From Octopus bimaculoides (lineage: Eukaryota): a stretch of 64,000 nt of DNA. A model generated the notes under the pieces. That model saw only the letters and a program-made list of their open reading frames with translations, was not told the DNA's origin and made no database searches. Location of the stretch: the NCBI RefSeq assembly GCF_001194135.2, contig NC_068981.1:5936923-6000922 (forward strand). Reading direction: 5' to 3'. Both the position numbers and the translations under genes were made by a program. The stretch's first letter is position 1. The number at the start of each line of letters is the position of its first letter. This document shows positions 39,966-51,900 of the stretch, in pieces.

Positions 39966-42900
39966 AAGGGGTCTAATGCTCTTAGCTTACACTTTTTGGG
40001 GGACAATCAGATCGAACCATCTCAAGTGTAACTGTCCAAAATAGTCATGACTTCTGGTACTTGACTGATGAAAGAAAGCCAAAAATGACCCGTCTTTTTT
40101 TGCCTGTCCTAATTGTTGTTTCTCTTGTCTGCCATTGTGTCGTCTATCTGTCCGAATGTTTAATGCCCTCTATTGCGTTTTTGTTCCATTTTTATATGTG
40201 TGTGTGTGTGTGTGTGCTTTCAAATGTATTAAGGACCAACTGGCTTTCAGCCACTGTTTGTATCCCATTGTGTCCACTACTCCAAATGGTTGGTATTGGT
40301 GCAATTTGTCTCTTACTGTTGTGCCAACTGACAGTGAATAGCCAATCAGAGACTTTAGATGGCATCACGTGAACAACCTTTTTCAAGCCTACTACTTTCT
40401 GTAAAAAAACAGCTTTGTCCTCAATACATGTCTTTGGTTCCAGACTTTTTAAGCTCTAGCCACTGACCACACAAGACAGCCAGTTCCAGCGACAACACAG
40501 CAAAAATATGTGAATAATTTAGGATTATTTTATAAAAGTATAACTTTTACTTTATATTAAGATGGCAGAATAGTGTGAAGGATTTAAGATCCTTTTATGA
40601 AAGTTTTTATGGTTTTCTCTTCGTCCAACAGCATTATGGCAACCCCTTCTTTGTTGCCACCATCATCTTAATATCGTCAACATCATCTCTCTATGTACAC
40701 AACTCAGCAAGCAACTCGCTCAGGTTCCAACAATTCTCTGTTCGTGAATTACTTCACCATCGATCAACAGCGAATATACAACCTGCAAGATCTCCCGTAT
40801 CAAGTTACCCAGGCAGCAGCATCACAGCCACAACTTCATGTACAACATGTACCTCCAACTGGCTCAGCATCATGCCCACAACTTCTTGATACAGTATTTC
40901 AACTACCGTGTACAATTGACTACAAACTAACATTCTCGTCCTTGTGTCTATGAACTTCTCGTTTCGATGTCTATAGACTCTTTGACTGTCTTCTTCATTA
41001 CCATTCTATGTTAACACACACACATACATCTATGCTTACATGTACACATACATTTGTTCTCATGATGGCCTTTCTGTTATTCTGTATACATGACAGACAC
41101 ACATGCTAACATATCAGTAGATCTTCCTTTAATCATTCTACATGGTTGTGTCTCTTTTTCTCATTGGCACTTATATGTATTATTCAATTTATAATTATTG
41201 CAAGGACTGTGCGATGTACTAAGGAGCCTATCCCTTCACCTCGCATCGCACGGTCCCTTACACAGTAAATTTACAACAATGAATTTAACATCAACAACAG
41301 ACGTAGGTACCTGCCATTTGGTCAAGAAGGTCATTTCTCTTACTGGATTTGTTTTTTGACCCCATTGTGTGACACTTTGGATAAGTGCCATCTAACCCAG
41401 CCATTGGAGCCTCAGGTCAGCCAAAGCCTTGAATATAAGTTGGTGGTCAGAAATGGTGTGGAAGCGCTTTCAAGTGCACACACAGAGTCTTGCAATCTGG
41501 AATGCCTCACAACTCCGATTGTTATGCAGTCAAACACTGCAGTCTTTTGTTGTGTAAATTTGTCAAGCATTTTCTCTTCTGGCTCCCTAATGTGATTCTC
41601 AGAATATACAGGGTATTCAAAGGGTCTCTCCGCAGTGATATTTTTTGAAGACACCATCAACACCGAGAGATATTGCTCAAATATCACCTCTCCATTTGTA
41701 AGACCAACTCACTGAAAGTGAAATTAATAATGCATACTTTCAGCAAGACGGAGCTACCGCACATACTTCATGCACCTCCATGGCGCTACTTCAAGAGTTT
41801 TTCGGTGAATGGATTATTTCGAAGGGACTTTGTCCAACAAGATCACCTGATTTAACACCACCAGACATTTTTTTCTTTTCTGGGGAGCAAGTAAAAGATC
41901 AGTGTACAAGAATCGCCCGAAAACCATTAAAGAGCTAAAAGATGCAAACATAACCTTCACACGGTCCATACCGCATCAGACTCTCCAAGATGTATTCCAA
42001 ACCATGTGTAGAAGAGTCAACTTATGTATTGAAAATGGAAGACGACACTTTCAACAACTCTTATAAAGTCTTGTAAAGTCTAATATATTCTTTTGTAGTC
42101 TTATACCATCTTATAAATATTTATTTTGCAATAAAACACTTACTGCGGAGAGACTTTCTGGACAACCTGTATCTGAGAATATATCCCACAGGTAGGTTAG
42201 AATACTGAAGAGAAAGATAGGTTTTGGGAGGTGACAAAGAAGTTGGTAGAAAACATGAAAGAGAAAGTTGGAATGGTGAGTTCAAATGCCACCAAGGTCA
42301 ACTTTGCCTTTCATCCTTTCGGGGTGGATAAATTAAATACCAGTTACATACTGGGGTCAATGTAATCGACTAGTCCCCTCCTCCAAAATTCCAGGCCTTG
42401 TGCCTTGAGTATAAACGATTATTATTACTATTATCATTACTTACTTGGCCATTACAACACCACCAATGGAATCGACATCATCCATGAAATATGGAGACAC
42501 TGTCACATTGACATCAAAACGAGGAGTCCCTGGAAAAGAATAAGGTGTTCATTATACGAGAGACAGTGAATGCTTAACATACCTGTTATAACAAACTGTT
42601 AAAGGCATCAAAGGGTCAAGTGGTGGTGGTGGTGTTCAACCTAATTGACAGATTAGGTTGACCGTCCAAGAGCAGAAACGGTCTCTCAGATTCCTAAACA
42701 CACACACGCAGTCATTTTCTACAGGTTACATTCACACAACCTTGGCTAATCCAAGACAAAAGATTCTAATATTTTGATTCAGAATAAAGGTATGTGTGTG
42801 GCCTTGTTGTTAGGCTCACAACTCTTAGGTCATGGGTTCAATTCCCACACTAGACAGCATGTTGTGTTCTTCAGCGACACACTTCATTTTTCATTGCACC

Positions 42901-45900
42901 CAGTTCATTCAGGTGGAAATGAGTACCAGTGCCATCTAGTGTGGAGGGAGAGTTAACCCAGCGACAGATGGTGTCCTGTTTGGTGGGGGCTTTTGTACTC
43001 TTGGGTGTCAAAATACCTTGGAACCCCCCCCCCCAAACAAAAATTCCAGCTTCATAAGTCCTTTATAAAATTTAATCCTTTTGTTACCATGATGATGATG
43101 ATGATGATGATGATATTACTGAACAGCACTGCTTTTGTTTTAATTAATTTTGAAAATATAGTATTTATTAATATAATTTTGTCATTACCAAAGGTGAACA
43201 CCATTAATTGAAAAGTTAACTTCATTAACAATCAATTAACTATTTCTTAAAGTAACAGAAGTTATTGATAAACCACTAACATTAATTTTTATTATAGAAA
43301 GAAGTAAAATAAAAAAAACCCAGTTTTTTCTCTAAAACCACCTAAAAACTACCTTTAAAAAGTGCCAAAAATACAAAATCTGTTAACTTCAATTCAATTG
43401 AAGTTAACAAGATTACTTGAATTAATGGAAATTAGTTAGTTCGATAATGATTTCCAAAGTTAACTTAAAAGTTAAATCATTAACGAATTAACAGTTTGGT
43501 GCCCAAATTTGGTCATTACTAAACAGATGCTTGAAACAATACAAAATTCTAATGGAATGTTTTAATTAAGATCGCTTTTAAAACCTCTGTTAGCATATTT
43601 TGTTTCAATGAATTTAGTAAAATAAATGTCATTATTAAATTGGTGTTTGGGACAAAAATTAACACAAAATTTCGAAGGAATCTTTTGATTAAGATCATTT
43701 TAATCGTTTTGTCAGCATATTTCTGTTGAAATACACATTCTTTTTTTCAATTAATTTTGAAAATAACGAAGAATTTATTGAAACAAAACTCATTATTAAG
43801 ATGGTGTTTGGAACATAAATTAACATGGCATTTTAATGAAAGACTAATTTAGATAATCTTAATACAGGGAATTTGGATCATAGAACCAAGGGAGGTTTCT
43901 GTTGGGTTGGTATCAAATGAGGTAAAATTCAGTCTAAAGAAGCACCATTTCCATATTGTAGAACACAGAGATAAGTTATGCAGATGGCTTGCAGAAAGCT
44001 TTAGTAAGTATTAGTTGAAGTAAGGTTTAATACTGAAATATTGTTGGTTCCGTAATGGGGGAAAAAAACACTGGATTGTTGTTATTGTAACTAAATACAT
44101 TGAAATTAAGAAATCTTTGAGTTAACTTACAAAATTCTTCAACACGGAAATAATGTTCATATATAATATTCTGGAAAAAAGAAAAAAAATTTATAGAAAA
44201 TTCCATACTGCCATTTTGGCCAAATAACATTCTTTCCCAATCCCATACTGATATTTACCATTGACTACATCTATATTCTTTCTTATATTCTTCCCCCGGT
44301 TTCTCTAACCCATCCTTTTATAATGTGGGGTGGTCATATATTTCTTCTATAGCAAGATACCTGTATCTGTCCCCTTATCAAACTTTAACCTCTCAACACC
44401 TGACATAAAGCTACCTTCTCTTCTACACTGATTAATCTTTAGACTTGGCAAAGACATACATGATCACCAAGGGTTGCAGGTGTGGTTCATGAGATTTTTG
44501 GCTCAAGGTTAACCTCATTTCTTTTCTTGTGAAGACAATTCCATCAATATTCTACAGTACACACACACATTATATGGATGTAATTGTATCATTAAGAAGA
44601 AGATTGTTTCTCAACCATGTGATTATGGATTCAATCTCTCTGCATGATAGCTTGCGTAAGTGTCATCTTATGTAGCTCTAGGCCAACCAGAATATTGAGA
44701 GTGGAATTGAAAAGAAGCTACCCTACGTGTATGCTTGTTTGTGGGTCCCCTTCTCTTGTCAGTCATCACATATGGTGTTATTTATTTCCAATCTTCCATG
44801 GAAACAGATGTAGAATAGTGACAGGCAATTCTGTCCAACCCATGCCAGTATGGAAAAGTGGAAATTAAAATGATGTTACATCTATATACACACACAGTTA
44901 GCAGAGGAAGCAGTGCTGAAAACCCTATATAAGGCCTCAATGACTTGTTGGGAGAGTGTAGAGTGAGGAATGAAGTGATCCTCAGACTGGTTTGCAACAA
45001 AAGGGACTCTTTCTGCCAAAAGATCAGGGGATGGTGGTGGTGGTGGTGCTAAACCCAGACACAGTTTAACCCTTCAGCATTAGGATTTCTCAGTCAAATG
45101 CAATTCTTATTTGTTAACATTCATCATCATCATTCAATGTCTGTTGGCCATGCTGGCATGGGTCGGACGGTTTGACTGGGCTGACACACTGGAAAGCTGC
45201 ACCAGGATCCAGTCTGATTTGGCATGGTTAGCATTGTAGTTGCAGGTGGGTCCCCTTAGTCTCCTGGCAACCATATTTTTAAACCCAGTCTGTCACTGCC
45301 TACAGTTACCATGATAAGTGGATGGCATTGTACTTAAACATTTCTCTCTCAAATCATGATAAATTCACAAAAATATGATTTTATCCAGAATTCTAAGATT
45401 GTTTTTATTCCAAAAGTACACAAGGAGATTATATTCCAACAAATTTCTTAGAGAATGTTTTTTTTTTTACTTACTGAAGCATGGACAGCTATAGACCAGT
45501 TGCCAAATTTTGGTTGATCTGCTAGTTCAAAGTTTTCGCTGACAATACCTGAAGTGAAAGAATTATAAGCAATTAGACATATTTCAACATTATTATAATA
45601 ATTATTATTATACTGAGTGAGACTGCAACATGTGCCATCAAAGTGACACTGGGGTACAAATATATGAAGCCCAATATACCCACTCATCTGATAAGGGTAT
45701 GCCAGGTACATGCATCACAACCATATGTGCATGACATGGTGATCTCATATCAAGATAAACAGTGCATGCAGGTGGGGCCCAATTAGAATTTTCTTCAGGT
45801 CAAGTAGCTCATCCTGCTCAAAAGGTCTCTGATTAAGGTTTGTTTAAGGATGATGAACAAAACACCCATGTTTCCAGAGGTGAATTATCCAAACCCCCAA

Positions 45901-48900
45901 GAATTCCTCTCAACATATGGCTATGATGCTCCCCCACTATTTCTGCTGGGGATCAGAGATGCACATATTGTCAGCCACCAAGGAACATGTTCAACTGGTT
46001 GAGGTCAAACAAATCTGTGGTATTGAGCAGAATATTTACTGTAGCACATCTTTTATACCAAGACAAAACAATGTACATGATAACATTTCCAATCAGTTAG
46101 GACCAGAAGCCATGAGAGCCACTGTCTGGTACTGCATCAGGGCATTATTATTATTATTATTATTATTGTTGTTGTTGTTGTCTGGTGAAATGGTTCACTG
46201 TACTACTTACCTCCTGCATTAGTTTGCTGTCCTAACCATCGTCGTACAACAAATCCTGTTGGATCCTGTACAAGTAATAAAAACAGATTGTTATAGAATT
46301 TATAACAGACGACTTACATCAAGGAATAACCATTCAATTCTTGAGACCAACCAGCCTGAGACCATTTTGGGTTCTATGAACAAATTTCATGTTTAAAGTG
46401 TTCTAAATTAAAATGGTCCAGCAAAATTTTATGTTAATTTATGACTCAAACACCAGCTAAACATTCTTTTTTGCTCTAGGAACAAGGCCTGAAATTTGGA
46501 GGGAGGGGCCAATTAATTAGATCAACCCCAGTATGCAACTGATACTTAATTTATCGACCCCAAAAGGATGAAAGGCAAAGTCGACCTTGGCTGAATTTGA
46601 ACTCAGAATGTAAAGACATGAAATACCACTGAGCATTTCACCTGGTGTGCTAATGTTTCTGCCAGCTCGCCATCTTAAAATATTCTTTTCTACTCTAGGC
46701 ACAAGGCCCGAAATTTTTGAGTCAATTAGATCAACCCTAGTACATAACTGGTACTTAATTTATCAATCCCGAAGAGATGAAAGGCAAAGTCGACCTTGGT
46801 GGAATTTGAACTCAGAACATAAAGACTGACGAAATACTACTAAGCATTTCACCCGGTGTGCTAACCACTCTACCAGCTTGCCGCCTTACACCAGCTAAAT
46901 AATGACAAAACTTATTTTATGAGATTCCTCACTACATTCAAAATAAATAAAATCAAAAGGCAGTGTAATTCTATAGAATTTGTAGAGTAGACTTATAATG
47001 AAGGGCATTACAACCATGACCATCTAATCTGCTTTCTGATGTAAGTGCAGGTAGGTAGGACTTCGTGATCAAATTCTTTTTTTTTAAGACGATAAACTAC
47101 AATTTGTAGACGAATTGATAAGAAATGCTACCATATTTCCTCAAATCACATCTGTCTTCAAATAAAAGTAGCATTCGCTAATGTAGTCCTAAGTAGACAA
47201 AAAAAAAAAAAAAGAGATAGTCAATGGTGGAGTGTCTTTGAACATAAACCGGTTTGACCAAGGTAGACTTAGAGTTAAACAAGCTGTTCAATGCTAGGTT
47301 TGTCTGTGAGAAAATGGTAGATTTCTGCCCCATTAACTGCTATTGTTGTGGAGATCCACTAAAATTCAGGCTGGGTGGTTATGGTTGACATGTCATAGGC
47401 CTGTCCAGTTAGAACTGCCCTAGGGTTAAACAACAACAACTTACCTTAACATAGATTGTCAAACTTCCATAGACAGGCATCAGATCGGGGTAGACTTGTA
47501 CCACCCGGAAAAATACTGGCGAAATAATAAAATTTGACGGTGAGGAACAAGGAAGCAAACAAGTTAATTCACAGACTTAGGGTGAAGTTTCTTTTGGGGA
47601 TTTAATACTTTAGGGCAGAGGTTCTGAATGAGGGCCCAATGGGGCTCCATACGAGATTTTGTTGTTAAAATTTATGTGTAATAAATCAGTTATATGTCTA
47701 CAATACAGAAACTGTTTTAACAATTATTTATGGGATTCTTAATAATATAAAAATAGAATTTTTGAAATAACAAAAGGTCTCTGGACCACTTATGTCTAGA
47801 AACTGAGGTTGGGGGTAAGCAAGGGCATGCTCCCCATAGAAAATCCAGCTCCAAAAAAGCCTCAAGATAGCAAAGGAGAAATGGGCACCAGCCAGCCCAA
47901 AGGCTGGGGTGGACTGCACCTGCCTACCTCGGTTGCTATGGCATTGAGGTAGAACCAGCCACCCCTGTTAACAGGGACAAAACCCGAATTTAAAACACTG
48001 GATGATGATGATGATGATGATGAAAAGGCTATGATTGTCCACTTGAGTTTTAAAAAATATTCAAAGGGCTCCACAGGTAAAACATGGTTGACAACCACTG
48101 GTTTAAATAGTTTGTTTCCAACATAGACACAAGGCTGTATATTTTTGGCAGGAAGTATAGACCCCCAGTATATGTCTGGTACTTTAATCGACCTCCGTAC
48201 TTGGCTGGTCCTTTATTTCATCAACTTCTAAGTATGTGACAAGTACTTTATCATACCAATTTCCAGGTACTTTATCACATCGATCTCAAGTACTTGTCCA
48301 GTACTTTATTCTATCAATCCCCAATCATTTGAATGATACCAACCCAGTGCCATCGCTGTAATTTGCCCATCTCTCTATTCACTCCATCACCACCTATCAA
48401 CCTGAAATTAGACAGCTCTTCTTTTGCTTAAAATATCTGACACTTTTACACAAACACACAGCTGTTAGTAGCAATGAAAGGAGAAAAAGTACTCAATACT
48501 AACATACAGTGTAATAGTTTATTTAAGCTGAATCAATGAAACTTGGAAGAAGGCAGTGAAGATCTTTTAATTGCTAGACGCGTTCCATCAACATTACCAA
48601 CTGTTCATTCTTGGACACCTCTTACAGAGACAGAGTGAGAAACAAAGGGGTAGGAAGTTTAAAGGACATGGTAGCTGGCATCAGCCATGTTCGAATGGTG
48701 CTTTTTACATACCACCGGTACAGAGAGCCAGTGAGGCGGCACTGGCAACGACCCACGCATGAATGGTGCCACCAACATGAGAGCAGGTCAAGCGGCACTG
48801 GTATCGACCACAACTACAATTTCCATTCGATAGTGATTTGATTTAGGATTTTACTTAGGTCAATAGGTCTCCTCAAGCATGGTGTGTTGCCTGACGATCC

Positions 48901-51900
48901 AAAGGTACTTTTTAAGTGGGCTGGCTATGCGACCCTGGTGTAGACTACGGCTGTGATCTCACTTTCCTTGCCAGGTCTTCTCAATCACAGCAGATCTCCA
49001 GAGGTCTCAGTCTTTTGTCATTGCCTCTGTGAGGCCCAACGTTCAAAGGTCATGCTTCACCACCTCATCCCATGTCTTCCTGGGTCTACCTCTTCTACAG
49101 GTTCCATCCACTGTTAGGGAGTGACACTTCTTCACACAGCTCTCTTTGTCCATCCGCAGCACATGACCATACCAGCGCAGTCGTCTCTCTTGCACACCAC
49201 ATCTCATGCTTCTTAAATCCAGCTTTTCTCTCAAGGCACTTACACTCTGTTGTGTGCACACTGACATTACACATCCAGCAGATCAAACTGCCAAATATCC
49301 TTTTCTGCATACGGCCGATCTGCTGTTCTCANNNNNNNNNNNNNNNNNNNNNNNNNNNNNNNNNNNNNNNNNNNNNNNNNNNNNNNNNNNNNNNNNNNNN
49401 NNNNNNNNNNNNNNNNNNNNNNNNNNNNNNNNNNNNNNNNNNNNNNNNNNNNNNNNNNNNNNNNNNNNNNNNNNNNNNNNNNNNNNNNNNNNNNNNNNNN
49501 NNNNNNNNNNNNNNNNNNNNNNNNNNNNNNNNNNNNNNNNNNNNNNNNNNNNNNNNNNNNNNNNNNNNNNNNNNNNNNNNNNNNNNNNNNNNNNNNNNNN
49601 NNNNNNNNNNNNNNNNNNNNNNNNNNNNNNNNNNNNNNNNNNNNNNNNNNNNNNNNNNNNNNNNNNNNNNNNNNNNNNNNNNNNNNNNNNNNNNNNNNNN
49701 NNNNNNNNNNNNNNNNNNNNNNNNNNNNNNNNNNNNNNNNNNNNNNNNNNNNNNNNNNNNNNNNNNNNNNNNNNNNNNNNNNNNNNNNNNNNNNNNNNNN
49801 NNNNNNNTTTATAACATAACTAGAAGAAACATTTAACCTAATAATGGCTTCGAATTTTGGCACAAGGCCAGCAATTTGGTGGGGGAGGGGAGGGGGAAAG
49901 TCAATTACATCAACCCCAATAGTCAACTGGTACTTATTTTACCGACCCTGAAAGGATGAAAGGCAAAGTAAACTTCAGTTGAATTTGAACTTGGAATGTA
50001 AAGATGAACAAAATGCTTCTGAGGATTTTGCTCAGTGTGCTAACAATGCTGCCAGCTCTCCGCCCTAATGAATTTAAATATATTCATGTGCTTGTGGCAT
50101 GTATACAGCACCAAGACCATTCTGCTGAGTGGTTGGCATTTGGAAGGGCATCCAGCTGTAAAAACCTTGCCAAAACTGACCCTTCCTGGGCTTGTGCCAC
50201 ATAAAAAGCACTGAGTCCATTCTGCTGGGTGGTTGGTATTAAGAAGAGCATCCAGCTGTAAAAATCCTGCGAAAACAGTCACAGAAGTCTGGTGCAGGCT
50301 TCTGCCTGGTTGACTCTTGTGAAACTGTCCCACCCATGCCAGCATGGAAGGTGGAAGTTAAACAATGACGATGATGATTCATGTACATTTACTGCCTTAA
50401 ATTTGGACGAAATGTCGCTAAGCATTTTGCACATTGTGCTTAAACATTTAACCTAATACTAATCAAAACCTTAATAAATGAAGTTGCACTCTAAATATGA
50501 AATATTTAGTATTTCTTCTGGCCTGGGTTTTTTTTTTTTTTTCTGTTTGGAGAATCACAGTGGATCGTCATCATTTAACATCCGTGTTCCGTGCTAGCAT
50601 GGAACATGGAGGTTTTTCACAGGAGACTAGAAACAACACTGTTTGTATAATGGTGATACTCGTTTTACAACCATTACAATGTTCAGACAAGGATGCACAT
50701 AAACACACACACACACACATGCCATGGGCTTGTATACTTCCAAACTTGACAGTCAGATGACAGATAACACTAGCTATCTAATAAAACAGTCTGTAGACTC
50801 ACCTGTAACTGCATGATTCGGCTAGCAGGCATGTTAAATTCCAGTGATGTTCTACCATACTCAAAGTTATCTCTAACAACAGAGAGCTTCAATATGAGGG
50901 GCCCATACTCTAGTCGAGTAATAGTTGTAAATATCTGAATCACTTGATTGGGACGAATCTTACGAGGAACAGCAATTAAATAAGTCCTGAAAAAGATACA
51001 CAAAACAATGTTTAATATAGGTAGATCATCATTACTTGGAGGAAACAAAGAGTAAATTTATTGGAAGAGGTGCTGGTGCCATGTGAAAAGACACTGGTGA
51101 TGGTGCCATGTAAAAAAAGGGACCGATGATGGTCCTGCAAAAAAAGCACCGGTGATGGTCCCACGTAATGAGCATTGGTGATGGTTTTGCATAAAATGCA
51201 CTGGTAATACTCCCAAATAAAAAGTGCCTTTGCTGGGACCACGTAAAAAGCACTGGGAATGGTGCCACACAAAAAGCACTGGTGATGGTGCCACATAAAT
51301 TAGTGCTGATATCAGGTAAAAGCACCCAGTACACTCTGTAAAGTGGTTGGTGTTAAGAAGGACATCCAGCCATAGAAACCATGTGAAAACAGACTATGGA
51401 ACCTGGTGTAGCTTCTGGCCTTGCCAGTTTTGTGTCAAGCTGTCCAACCCATGCCAGCAGGGAAAACGGACGTTAAATGCTGCTGATGGTGATGAGGTGA
51501 GGGAGAAGAGTCATTTGGGGAGGATGAGGATAAGAGACAAAAGTAACAAAGTTAATTAGCAAAGAAAGAGTTAATTAACTGGGAGAGCTGAAGGCAGAAG
51601 AGCTAATTAGGAGAAGTGGGATAGAAGAACTAATTAGAAGGCAGAAAAGATAATTAGCCAAAAGTGAGAGTAAGAGAATCAATTAATAGGGAGAGGTGTG
51701 GAAGAAAAGTCAAGTTGACCCCAATATGTAACTGGTACTGTTTTTTAGTGACAGGAAAGTGAAAAGGCACAGGTAACACTAATGGGATTTAAATTCAGAG
51801 CAGAGAAGTATGTAACCAAATACCACAGGACAATGATGATGATGATGATCCACCAATCCTGCTAGTCTGATAAATAATTTCAAAACGTTTTGCTAGTTTA

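Noticed and set aside
41202-41259. Small hairpin as a pre-miRNA or Helitron end
   Set aside because: Only about 15 bp of imperfect stem and no supporting terminal motif.
47290-47320. TDKP-coding stretch as the missing MG2 exon
   Set aside because: It is on the wrong side of exon 47445-47515, has no extended frame and sits in repeat-like context.
49072-49926. ORFs of 200-254 aa, also 52697-53421 and 61404-61797
   Set aside because: Artefacts of reading through N gaps.
51065-51310. CRISPR-like repeat array
   Set aside because: No unique spacers and no cas genes; it is the tandem array of the RTE 3'UTR in a eukaryotic intron.
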